Both the position numbers and the translations under genes were made by a program. Of a stretch of DNA of 62,000 nt, positions 12,611 through 24,278 are shown in pieces. The DNA is from Octopus vulgaris (lineage: Eukaryota). The stretch covers positions 189,864,001 through 189,926,000 of the forward strand of contig OX597815.1 of NCBI GenBank assembly GCA_951406725.2, given 5' to 3'. Every line of letters begins with the position of its first letter. Position 1 is the stretch's first letter. Below the pieces are notes generated by a model. It saw nothing but the letters and a program-made list of their open reading frames with translations. It was not told the origin of the DNA and made no database searches.

Positions 12611-13196
12611 TGCTTCAAAAAAAAAAAAAAAAAAAAAAGGAAAAGAAAGAAAAAGAAAACAAAGTTTATGCCATGTAGACCAAATTTGAATTAAAAAAAC
12701 TGTTTAGCTAATTAATGAAGAATCATTAAGTTTAGTATAAACTCGAAAATCTATTTGAAAGGAGGCACCATAACTGAAAATTTTAAAAGCATAATCTGTT
12801 GTGTCTGAGGGAAGTCATTTTCTTTTTATGCCTTATAATTTAACACACTCACCGGTAAAATTTCCACTTGTTTCATATTTTTATTTTCCTAAAATTTTCG
12901 TTGCGTCTTGCAACCTTTTCAATAGTCTTAGCCTATTGAAAAAGTTGCAAAACACAACGAAAATTTTACCGGTGAGTGTGTTAAATTATAAGGCACAAAA
13001 AGAAAATGACTCTCCCCAGACACAACAGACTATGTATGGTTTTTAAAATTTCAAATATGGCACCTCCTTTCAAATAGATTTTCGAGTTTATACAAAACTT
13101 AATGATTCTTCATTAATTAGCTAAACAGTTTTTAAATTCAAATTTGGTCTACATCCTATAAACTTTGTTTTCTTTATCTTTTTTTTTTTCGAAGCA
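12611..13196. repeat. Large inverted repeat (arms about 250 bp, spacer about 95 bp)
   Basis: 12611-12865 is the reverse complement of 12960-13196; the family also occurs at 3705-3830 and 47590-47680. Confidence 0.85.
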
Positions 13197-13429
13197 CCAG
13201 ACAGAACAGAATATGCTTCAACACACGAACTCATATAAAGAATTTTGCAAACCAAATCCAAAAACGAAATATAAAAACCATAGAATTTCCATTTACTATC
13301 GGTAAACTATATTTTCTTCCGTCAGCATTACAGTCGCAATTGAAAATAAAATTTCCTACATGTAACATGTATTAGTTCTGAGAGTGTGTATCCTGTTTTC
13401 TTCTCTTCTCATCTCTTTAATAGCTTGAA

Positions 13430-14180
13430 AGGACGCTGCATATTGTTGCCATTGTTTCAGGTGTACATCTTTCAACTGAATTATTTGCTGCTCGTGCATT
13501 ATAAGCTTTTCACGGAATCAACAACATATAATTGAGCAAACTACCTTTGATAACAGAACCATCAGCTAGAAGCAATATGGGTCTCTTGCAGGTGAATGTA
13601 CTATGTGCGCTCTCATCGATGTAAAGGACAATATAAGAGTTATACAACCTCATATTTTGTTTGAAATCATTATAAAAGGATTATTGGAATCTGACATTCA
13701 GCTTCGCATCATTCAAAAGGAAGGAAGCAGTTTTCCCTTATGGCATTGTTATTGAAGTATCCGTCACTAGGTTGTTCAAATATGAAACGTTTGGCCATGT
13801 GAAGCTGACATAGGATATTCATATCTCCACAGTAAAGTAGTTAAATGTTTTGTTTATTTGCATGTTGAACTGGATACTCTTTCGACAACATGTTTTCGAT
13901 TTTGACCAGTTTTCACTCCTTTATCGTTAGGCTCTCTTCTATTATTGTTGCATTAATTCTTGTCCTCCAGATTTCGTTCCCTTCGCATCCTGGGCCACAT
14001 GGCATTTCTTCTAGTATTTCCCCATTCATCATTTTCCATTTGATTTACTTTATCTCTGGATTGAGCATTTCTCATAATTTCCTGCTAATTCTTCATTTAA
14101 CCAATGCCCTCGAGCTGTTTTTCGTATAACTTCTATTTCTTTTTGACTTAAAGTGGATTTTCTTCACAGTCTTTCTCTAT
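13430..14180 (-). pseudogene. Decayed Helitron Rep-helicase N-terminal region
   Basis: - strand frames give YCGDMNILCQ (13805-13840), CHKGKLLP (13722-13745), FKQNMRLYNS, FTSMRA, PYCF and FAQLYVVDS (13514-13540), in the order typical of Helitron Rep N-termini. Confidence 0.75.
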
Positions 14181-15059
14181 CTAATCTACGTGCGTGTTCG
14201 TACGTGGTGATTCCACATTTATCAGCTGGAACATTTCATAATAATATGTCAGCAATAAAGATAATATTATATATGCACACACGATATTAAAGTGTCCGAA
14301 AGATCGAACGAATTTGTTGCAACTGTGAAACGTTTTGCAAAGTAAATATGTCAAACTGTTAAAACAAACACCTCGTGCACCATTAGTGCAAAAGATTTCA
14401 AAATCCCTTTGCGTTCTTTCCTGCAAGAAGCTGTTGTTGTGAGGAATTTGCATACATATGTACATGCGTGCACACATACATGTATGCCCCTACCCCTCTC
14501 TCCTCCTTCCACGTGACTGATGTCCAGCCAGCTATGATCATTCTTTCTTGGCCTAAATGCCGACCGCCAACACTTCTTATGTACATCTCCTATGTCCCTG
14601 CCTTTAGGCTTTCACTGCCTTTAGGCTCAATTTGATTCATTCTCAGTCGAAAGACACCTGTTGTTATATTATTGTTGTTTGTATTTGTCATTGTGTACCA
14701 TGTTCTCCGTGTTTTGTCTTTGTTGCTGCATACATCTGCTAGATTTCTTACAAAGAATTCTAATGTTCTTAGCTTAGACTTTTTGGGGAGTAACCAGATC
14801 GAACTGTCTCAAGTGTAACTGCCCGAAACAGTAAGGACTGCTGGTAACTTGACTGAAGAAAGAAGGCCACGAATAGCCTGCCTTTTTTTGCCTGTCCTTC
14901 TAATTGTTGCTTCGCCTGTCCGCCTTTGTATCGTCTATCTGTCCGAATGTTTTATTGTCCTCTATTGCGTTTTTGCTACATTTTTTTATACGTACTTACA
15001 TACATACTTGCATAAGTACTAACATGTATGTGCGTGAGTTTGAGGTAAATGACAGTGTG

Positions 15060-15091
<32 letters not shown>

Positions 15092-15097
15092 TTGATA

Positions 15098-15470
15098 TCT
15101 CTCTCTGTATAAACGGCAGTTTGTCTGTGTGTCTGTCAGGTTGTACCCTCACCCTGACCACGGCTTTCAACCGATTCTGATGAAACTTGACACACACATA
15201 GCGCAATGTCATAATTCAAAACTAACGCAGCGAAAATTTTGAAAAGTTCCCCCAGTTCTGAAAAAAATCGATAAATTCGACATGGGGTCGAGAATGAGAA
15301 ACACAAACCACAGACCGTCTAGGGGACGCAACTCGACCTTTTTAACTCTCAAAAAAAAAATTTACCATCATTTTTTCCCATTTTTTTGCTATATTTTGGC
15401 TATAACTATCTAAAAATGCTTTATAGTTATTTCCCTTACAAACCCGAGCAACGCCGGGCGATACTGCTAG
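15098..15470 (+). mobile_element. Non-autonomous Helitron
   Basis: A|TCTCTCTCTGTATAAACGG ... CCCGAGCAACGCCGGGCGATACTGCTAG|T. Confidence 0.85.
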
Positions 15471-15774
15471 TCTGAATTAAAATTTGATCGTGTTCATTCT
15501 GAAAACACTTATACAACATAATATACTGTATTAGAATGAAAATGACGATAAAATGGGTGTAAAATATAGAAAAAAATGTCGAAACAAAAGCGACGGAATT
15601 ATAAATTTCATTATGTCTCTTTTCTGTCCAAACAACGAATATTGAGATACACTAAACTGCATTTCCGTTTCGTTTTCTTTCTCGCTTGTTTTTACTTTAT
15701 ATTAATTTTACGTTCAACTATGATACTTCCTTTGACTATTCTGAGGTAGAATGCAGCTGTAGTAGCACCCTAAA

Positions 15775-16260
15775 TTCATACACACACACACAAACACACA
15801 CGCACGAACGTATGCACGCACGCATGCACGCACACACGCACGCACTTATGTATGCATGTATGTATGTATGTATGTATGTATGTATGTATGTATGTATGTA
15901 TGTATCTATGTATGTATGTATGTATCTATGTATGTATGTATGTATGTATCACCTAAATTTATACACACACACGCACGAACGTATGCACGCACGCATTCAC
16001 GCACACACGCACGCACTTATATATATCTGTATGCATGCATGCATGCATGTATGCATGTATGTATGTATGTATGTATGTATGTATGTTTGTATGCATGTTT
16101 GTATGTATGTATGTATGTATGTATGTATGTATGTATGTATGTATGTATGTATGTATGTATGTATGTATGTATGTATGTATGTATGTATGTATGTAGCACC
16201 TACATTCATTCACAGACACGTTTGTATGTATGTACGTGTGTGTATGTGTGTATTGATATA
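15775..16260. repeat. Compound (AC)n/(ATGT)n microsatellite with an internal duplication
   Basis: CACCCTAAATT-(AC)n-GCACGAACGTATGCACG block occurs twice (about 15765 and 15948). Confidence 0.9.
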
Positions 16261-16487
16261 TGGTAACGGTAGACAATGACTTCGACGTTTCGGATTACTC
16301 GCCATTATTAGACTTGTGGTTCACTTTGGGTTTTTCTGTCTTCATATACATTTTGGCGAATTGCTCCTATGGTAGATGGGATAATGTGGATGAGAGTTAG
16401 GTATAATGAAGGTGGGAGGGGAATGTGCTTTTGTAAGAAGAGGGGGAATAGAAAAGGGTAGGAGGAACATATATGTTTGTAGTATCT

Positions 16488-16713
16488 CTCTTTTACTCTT
16501 TTACTTGTTTCAGTCATCTGACTGTGGCCATGCTGGAGCATCACCTTTTAGTCGAGCAAATCGACCCCACGACTTATTCTTTGTAAGCCTAGTACTTATT
16601 CTATTGGTCTTTTTGGCCGAACCGCTAAGTTACGGGGACGTAAACACACCAGCATCGGTTGTCAAGCGATGTTGGGGGGACAAACACAGACACACAAACA
16701 TATACACACGCAC

Positions 16714-16760
<47 letters not shown>

Positions 16761-16924
16761 CATACATACATACATACATACATACATACACACAGCGGGC
16801 TTCTTTCAGTTTCCGCCAGCCAAATCCACTCACAAGGCTTCGGTCGGCCTGAGGCTATAGCAGAAGACACTTGCCAAAGGTGCCATGCAACGGGACTGAA
16901 CCCGGAACCATGTGGTTCGTAAGG
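16488..16924 (-). mobile_element. SINE family A, head slightly truncated
   Basis: Family sequence with (GATA)n(CATA)n centre. Confidence 0.9.
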
Positions 16925-17379
16925 AAACTAGTATATAGGTTTAAATAAAACTTTGCCAATATTGAAACGCTGAATCCTCCCCAATTTTCTTCTTGAAGAC
17001 ACAACTACTGAACCTCATCTCTGATTTAGTCACTTCCTGCAAATACAAAATCTTTTAAACCATAAGCATTTAAAACCAATGAATTTCTTCATTGACTAAA
17101 CATGTCATTCGCCTTCCTCTTCTTCTAACATAAATAACCCTGACGCAGAAAAGGAACTCTCTACTAGCAACGACAACAATAGCTTTTCCACCTCATTCTT
17201 CGACTACAATTATCGACAAATTATGCAAGTATGAACTATGATACCTTCAAAAAGATTCTAATTAACGATCTATCTCTAGAACACAAACAAGACGAGGACA
17301 AATGGTCCCTAGAGACAAAGATGCTGAACAACAATATTTTCACCTACCTACATTCTTTTGTGAACATTATGTGAACATT

Positions 17380-17555
17380 AGGCGTAGGAGTGGCTGTGTG
17401 GTAAGTAGCTTGCTTACTAACCACGTGGTTCCGGGTTCAGTCCCACTGCGTGGCACCTTCGGCAAGTTTTTTCTACTATAGCCTCGAGCTGACCAAAGCC
17501 TTGTGAGTGGATTTGGTAAGCAAACTACTTACCACACAGCCACTCCTTCGTCTAT
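17380..17555. mobile_element. Fold-back SINE A head (head followed by inverted head)
   Basis: TAGGCGTAGGAGTGGCTGTGTGGTAAGTAG ... GATTTGGTAAGCAAACTACTTACCACACAGCCACTCC. Confidence 0.8.
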
Positions 17556-18336
17556 ACATCTTTAATATTCCGTATTCTTCTTGAAGGTCATACTCTAAAG
17601 GATTGACTGTAATTCTTAATTTATTTTCAACTCTAGATTACATTAAACAGTTCAATTCCGAAAGGAGTAATCTAGGGGATATCCAGTGGACATTTAACAA
17701 ATTTAAATCCAAATTCGTCAGATTTAGTTAGGACTTGTAAATATTTATCGAAATAATATGCGCTCTGTCGAAGTCTCTGAGTTAGTGAACTATTTTCTTT
17801 TAAGTGCGACCTGAAGCATAATTTCCTGTGTTAGACAACAGTATTTTTAGTCTGAAATGCCAATATACTGTTTTACATGATGTAACACTGTCAGAAAAAA
17901 GTATTGTAACGAAGTTACTTTAATACATTTACAATTTAATGATTGAGTAGACAAGACTTAAGCAAAGAACTCAATATGAGTTATATAAGCAAGTAGTGTA
18001 CAGTCCGACGGGCAGAGTAAATCTTTATTCTTCGTAATGACACGGCTGTTTCATAAGAAAATTATTGATTTCTAAGTAAAATCAAAATAAATTTTTTCTA
18101 GAAAAAACGTGGGAGAATACAGTTCTGTTGTAAACTAAGTCAACGGATTGAAGTCTTCTAAATCTTTTTTTTATTTTTTATTTTCTCTTACAAAGTTGGT
18201 TCAAACAATAAATTTGTAATAAATGGACGTAAATTGTCATGAGCATCTATTTCTATTGACTCGTTAATAAAATAGAAGCTGAATTTTATTTAATCTACAG
18301 TAAATCTATTTGGCTCTTTATAGCGGATAACTATAA

Positions 18337-18347
18337 GAAGCCCGTCG

Positions 18348-18412
<65 letters not shown>

Positions 18413-18640
18413 GTGTGTGCGTGTGTGTTTGTCCCCCCCCCCCAACATCGCTTGACAACCGATGCTGGTGTGCTTACATCCTCGTAACTTAGCGGTTCGG
18501 CAAGAGAGACCGATAGAATAAGTACTAGGCTTACAAAGAATAAGTCCTGGGAGGTCTCGATTTGCTCGACTAAAGGCGGTGCTCCAGCATGGCCGCGTCA
18601 AACGAATGAAACAAATAAAAGAAAAAAGAAAAAAAAGAAT
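18337..18640 (+). mobile_element. SINE family A, 3' half
   Basis: AGAAGCCCGTCG-(AT)(GT)n-tail. Confidence 0.85.
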
Positions 18641-19559
18641 AGGTGAGGAAACGTGAGTGTTCTGTTAGAACATCGAAGCAAAATGGTAGTTTTCATGATG
18701 GGTTGAAATCATAAAAAACACACACATGCACACACACACACACACACACATTCTATCATCACTTTTGAATGACAGGTCATCGTTCATCATGAGTATGTTC
18801 TGACGATCAAGAAAGAGTTTCCCTTGGATCTTCCTGTCGGGAGTCGTAGCGTCGTTGGCTGGTCTTAGATGACGATCAGTTGAATTGCTGAACGAAAATG
18901 TATATCTTTTGCCTGCGTGAAGAAGTAACTGACAACAACCGCGAACAATTAACTGAAGATTTTGATTTTATTATTGCCCATGGAGTTTTAACAGTGTTGG
19001 TCATTTACTAATAATAACAGCAATTACACTCCTAGAGAGACATATTGTTAGGTGTCTACAAACTTACTGATATAGTAGTTTGTGTTTGCCTCATCATAAC
19101 TAGAAACAATCGCGCTATATTTGTGGCGATTATAATCTTGTCCACTATCCACCTTAACCTACAATCCACCTTAACGAGAATGGAGACACAACGCTCAGCA
19201 TTCTGTAATTACCGCCAAAAACGGCCTCAATATAGGGCACAAGGAGAAGATTCTAGAAGAATGAATCACGTGATGGCCGAATGCTGATTGGTTGCTTGAT
19301 AGACAATTCAATTGAAATTACTGTAGTTTGATTGAGATGGATGACCGCGTACCTGTTACCTCGGTTTCGAAACATTGCTATAGTCCCGTGTTGTTGAGTC
19401 TATGCGATTGGCCTCGATTTAGACAAGCGAAATATGTATGGTGCACCATAATAAAGCACATGCTCACGTGTCACGCTTTATCTGTGATTTTTCGGAGAGG
19501 CACAGAGCACATTTTTGTCCCTCAAACCAAAACTCAACCTGAAAAGTCACCAATTTCAG

Positions 19560-19760
19560 TCGAGAGAACTGTTTGAAGAAAATTCCTTATGAGAACTGAG
19601 CACTGTCTCTGGAAATGCGTTCCAGGACGCATCCCAAAACTGGAACTGACATTGAGAATGGCGTATCAACAGTGGAGTGAGCGATTTTGAAGAAATTGAT
19701 TCTGATTAAATTGTAAACAGAGCGATAAATTTGTTTGCTTTCTTTTTGGACAGACCTCGA
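19560..19760 (+). mobile_element. Mariner-like 3' end remnant
   Basis: AFQDASQNWN..WRINSG-like C-terminus followed by TTTTGGACAGACCTCG, resembling a mariner TIR. Confidence 0.45.
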
Positions 19761-19987
19761 ATATTTTTGACAAAGTTTACTGTTTTAATTCAACACCCAG
19801 CAGAATTGTAACATTGTTTGAAATCTAAACATCATAATTTTAAATTTCCTTTTCCTGCATATCATTAGCGTCTTTGCAAGGAGTAAAACATTAATTTGGA
19901 AAATCGATCAAACTCTACCTTATTATTTGTACTGAGTTCTTTGATTAATTGGTGTCTAGTCAATCAATAGCTAATTTACACACACAC

Positions 19988-20053
<66 letters not shown>

Positions 20054-20189
20054 TAACTCATTCATACACACACACACACACACACGTCTATGTATACGAG
20101 CATGAGCTAAAAATTTCATAGGTTGACAATGAAGGAGTGGTGCTAGAGCTGTGAATTGAATTCTTACATGATTTAATTTCAATTCTCCT

Positions 20190-20558
20190 TAATTACCTCT
20201 GCCTTAGCGAAGGCGGAGGTATTGTTTCAGTCGTATTTGTCTGTTTTTCCTTGGACAAGATATCTAAAGAACCGCTTGAAGGACTCGGATGAAACATTCA
20301 GGATTGTTTGGCCTCGTGACTAGCACGAACTGATTAGATTTTGGGATCGATCCGGTACCAGACAAGGATTCTGGATTATTTTTCTGGGTTTTTTTACTTA
20401 AATTTTGAGAGCGTTCGGGTTCGTTTTTAGTATTCTCATTTGTGAGAGAAGTCAAGTTTATTTCAGATATTCTCATTCTAAAAATCATCTCTGGCTAATC
20501 TTTGAGAGGACGTTGGTGTTGCCTTGGCAGAGGTTTGCGCTCTCTGAGTGCTCTTGTT
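20190..20558 (+). mobile_element. Helentron-associated non-autonomous element (HINE-like)
   Basis: TTACCTCTGCCTTAGCGAAGGCGGAGGTA hairpin start; GGCAGAGGTTTGCGCTCTCTGAGTGCTCTTGTT end; inverse copy at 46130. Confidence 0.7.
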
Positions 20559-20743
20559 GATAATTGCACTGTTTCATTCCAGGTAAACTGTCATCTGACT
20601 CTTCAAGGAAGACTTCAAGAGTAACTAGTAGTGACTTCTCTTGAAAATGGACAAAAGTTGGCTTCGTGGTGTTATCAGGTACCAGCAGAAAAAAAGGTTT
20701 TAGACCCTAAGGTCATACTGATATGGTTACTACATTAGGGTAA

Positions 20744-20918
20744 GGCGCTCCAGTTTTTGGCTGTGTGGTAAGTAGCTTGCTAACCAACCACATGGTTCCA
20801 GGTTCAGTCCCACTGCGTGGCATCTTGGGCAAGTGTCTTCTGCTATAGCCCCGGGCCGACCAATGCCTTGTGAGTGGATTTGGTAGACGGAAACTGAAAG
20901 AAGCCTGTCGTATATATG

Positions 20919-20951
<33 letters not shown>

Positions 20952-21165
20952 TTGTGTGTCTGTGTTTGTCCCCCTAGCATTGCTTGACAACCAATGCTGG
21001 TGTGTTTACGTCCCCGTCACTTAGCGGTTCGGCAAAAGAGACCGATAGAATAAGTACTGGGCTTACAAAGAATAAGTCCCAGGGTCGATTTGCTCGACTA
21101 AAGGCGGTGCTCCAGCATGGCCGCAGTCAAATGACTGAAACAAGTAAAAGAGTAAAAGAGTGCAA
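20744..21165 (+). mobile_element. SINE family A, full length
   Basis: Family sequence ending (GTAAAAGA)2. Confidence 0.92.
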
Positions 21166-21169
21166 AAGT

Positions 21170-21475
21170 AGGCAGCTGAATTCAGAAGGGGAGGGGAATC
21201 TTGAAAGTGATCCCAGTTCTGGAAATCCTGAGTCTGCCATCAACGAGGAAAACATTGATCGGGTTCACCACATGGCGATGAATGACAGGCGATTGACAAT
21301 AAATCAAATAAGCAATTCTATTAGCATATCCCGTGACAGAGTTGAAAATATCATGTACAATGAACTTGGCGGCATGACGACGGTTTCTACTCGGTGGGTA
21401 CCACGGTCTTTCTTCTGACACCTGATCAAAACTGATTAAGGCTGATCACATCACGGGAAAACTTGACAACGAGAC
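21170..21475 (+). pseudogene. Mariner transposase fragment
   Basis: ESDPSSGNPESAINEENIDRVHHMAMNDRRLTINQISNSISISRDRVENIMYNELGGMTTVSTRWVPR (HTH plus WVPR motif). Confidence 0.85.
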
Positions 21476-22023
21476 CGAGGTGTTTTTGTTCATATTTTGA
21501 TTGTAAAGTGACAACACAAAAAATAACTGAGGCCCAAATACTTTGTCTAAAGAGACTCACACAAACCCTTAGAATCCTTTCAGCCATATGCATCTTGAAC
21601 AGCCGATAAGGTTTGTGATCACCAAGTATTTTTAATTCTTGTTAATTCTCGCTGCAGCGTTGCTTTCCGTGACATACAGGGTCTTTCTACGGACTTTTAT
21701 TCTTTGCATTAGGATCCAGCAAAGCCTTGTAAATTGATTGTTTTTCCTTTGGTAGCAGGGACATATCCTTGTTGTTGTTATTAAATCGGCCTTTGCGTTT
21801 CTTTCTTTTTACTCCCAATGTAGCGATGCTCAAATCATACACCTGGTCCTTGAAATTCGTTCAAGCTTCATCGAAATTGATATCATTGAACTTGTTTTAT
21901 ACAAGTTCTAATATATCCGATTGAGTTAATTTAGCAATATCAATTTGCGTTAGACGGTTCGCCCTATTTATGCATATTTCCTTATGTATAGATGCTTACA
22001 CACACACACACACGCACACATAG

Positions 22024-22059
<36 letters not shown>

Positions 22060-22234
22060 GCATATACATATACATATATATATATATATATGTACTTACA
22101 TATATACATGTATATACACACATACACACACATAGATACATACATACATACATACATACATACATACATACATACATACATACATACATACATACATACA
22201 TGCATGCATACATATTATATATATATATATATCT

Positions 22235-22552
22235 TCTTTTATTTGTTTCAGCCATGGTGGAGCACTGCCTTCAGTCGAGCAAATCAACCTCAGGACTTAT
22301 TCTTTATTACGGGGATATAAACACACCAGCGTCGGTTGTCAAGCGATGTTGGGGGAATAAACAGACACACAAACATACACACACATACGACAGGCTTCTT
22401 TCAGTTTCCGTCTACCAAATCCACTCACAAGGCTTTGGTCGGCCCCGACGCTATACTAGAACACACTTGCCCAAAAAGCCATGCGGTGGGACTGAACCCA
22501 GAACCATGTGGTTGGTAAGCAAGCTACTTACCACACAGCCACTACTGCACCT
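22235..22552 (-). mobile_element. SINE family A with an internal deletion
   Basis: Family head and tail present; part of the 3' body missing. Confidence 0.85.
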
Positions 22553-22663
22553 ATGTATATGTATATTTGTATCTCTCTCTCTCCCTCTGTATTATATCTT
22601 GATGGATGGATGAATGGATGCATACATTTATATATATATATATAAAGATATATATATATATAA

Positions 22664-22713
<50 letters not shown>

Positions 22714-23012
22714 GTGAGGTAAACAGATAGGGAGAAAGATGCATACTTACATGGCATATTATTGCATATTTTAAATATTTACTTTGCAACGTCAAGGATT
22801 AAATTTATTTTTCACATCTAATTGCTTTCAATAACGATAAAAAATTCGCTGAGTTTACTCCTTCAGTGTTATTAAGGACATAAATATAAACTTGTCAGTT
22901 CTTGAATTTATAAGGAGAGTCAAGTTGTTTTAGTGAGAAACATCGTAAATTTAGGAGTCCTTAATGGAAGTTAGAACACTTAATTATGCATGTATGTATG
23001 TTACAGACACAT

Positions 23013-23052
<40 letters not shown>

Positions 23053-23369
23053 GCGGACGTGTATATAATATATATGCGTGTGTTTGTGCACATATATATG
23101 CCTATGCATGTACAAGATATATGTGTGTGCATAATACATGCAGGCACGTATATATATGTGTGCATATACATGTACATGTATACACACTCACACTCATACA
23201 TGACAATATGTGTTTTTTATATGCGCGAAAGCAACAAACATTAACTGAATAAACCTCTCATTACGAGTGTAGATCAGAAGGAATTTTATTGACAGTAACT
23301 TCGAAATTTCCATAGATGGCAGGTTGATCAGCAAACGTGCAATTAGTTGTACCTAGTGAGTATATTGGC

Positions 23370-23410
<41 letters not shown>

Positions 23411-23445
23411 CTTAATTAAAATAAAAACATGATGCCAAGGATTCA

Positions 23446-23523
23446 GCAGTACATATGTTTCGGGCCTTTATTAGACGGATTTATAACAATGCATAATGTG
23501 TGTCTATGGCCTTCTTCAGCCGC
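23446..23523 (-). ncRNA. Type I hammerhead ribozyme motif, left arm of palindrome
   Basis: GCGG-CUGAAGA-AGGCC...GGCCC-GAAAC-AUAU-GUA-CUGC. Confidence 0.8.
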
Positions 23524-23590
23524 GCACAATTACTACCCCAAGGACGTAGAATTTTTGATGTAATACATGTCCTTGGGGTAGTAATTGTGC

Positions 23591-23668
23591 GCGGCTGAAG
23601 AAGGCCATAGACACACATTATGCATTGTTATAAATCCGTCTAATAAAGGCCCGAAACATATGTACCGC
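23591..23668 (+). ncRNA. Type I hammerhead ribozyme motif, right arm of palindrome
   Basis: GCGG-CUGAAGA-AGGCC...GGCCC-GAAAC-AUAU-GUA-CCGC; canonical core, palindromic ACAUAUGU stem III, predicted cut after 23664. Confidence 0.85.
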
Positions 23669-23851
23669 TGAATCCTTGGCATCATGTTTACTCCACCACC
23701 TACACCACCAAACGGTATATACAGGTGCTTACAATTATCAAGTACTCACCCTAAATTTCTATATATATATATATATATATATAAAGGTAGAAGAAAATGG
23801 AGATTGTGAAGTTAATAAGAGTTTATTATCAACAACAAATTGATCATTATT

Positions 23852-23930
23852 CCTTACAGCTGTTTCAATTATACACAGTGAAATTAATTAAATGTTAAGT
23901 TCATATTTCTGAGCATAATATCTTCAGAGG
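23852..23930 (-). ncRNA. Type I hammerhead ribozyme motif
   Basis: CCU-CUGAAGA-U AUUAU...AUAAU U-GAAAC-AGCU-GUA-AGG; palindromic ACAGCUGU. Confidence 0.7.
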
Positions 23931-23971
23931 GGAAAAAATATACCATTAGATGTTCTATATACTTGTTTATA

Positions 23972-24019
<48 letters not shown>

Positions 24020-24026
<7 letters not shown>

Positions 24027-24227
24027 ACCGCGTGTGTACCGTTGGCGATTTTTTCCCTCTGTCTTCCCTTCTCTGGATCTTTCCTTCTCCTATGTTTCCG
24101 ACGAAGAGCTCCGCTCGAAACGTTAGACCCTCCTTCTTTTCTTCTTTCCTGAGCGTCCAATAATACTGTATTTGTTCCACGTCCTCGCGTTGTTGTGTTT
24201 TTTTTTGTGCTTTCATGTTTGGATTAA

Positions 24228-24230
<3 letters not shown>
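24020..24230 (+). mobile_element. Short non-coding element carrying a CCGACGA-core hammerhead motif (24094-24128)
   Basis: GUUU-CCGACGA-A GAGC UCC GCUC-GAAAC-GUU-AGAC; flanked by (AT)n on both sides; near-identical copy at 47365-47575. Confidence 0.75.

Positions 24231-24278
<48 letters not shown>

Noticed and set aside
16280-16320. CUAAUAA..CCGAAACGUC motif on - strand
   Set aside because: Two core changes without compensation and no stem I; at best a dead HHR
16930-17370. Possible PLE C-terminal remnant (LLNLISDLVTSCKYKIF) sharing ACAAACAAGA(C/T)GAGGACAAAT with the 33543 element
   Set aside because: Too decayed to call; noted only as weak support for a PLE link
21120-21160. SINE A tail CAGTCAAATGACTGAAACAAGTA looks like the 3' half of a hammerhead
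   Set aside because: No CUGANGA strand or stem I partner; better explained as a LINE-recognition stem-loop before 8-nt tail repeats
20984-21418. Recurrent ORFs MTTDAGVFTSPSLSGSAKE... and MLGGQTQTH...
   Set aside because: Frames through SINE family A; only the mariner part after about 21170 is real coding ancestry
21490-21960. Tc1/maT-like transposase remnant on - strand (LGDHKPYRLFK)
   Set aside because: Only one weak motif; cannot be supported without a profile search
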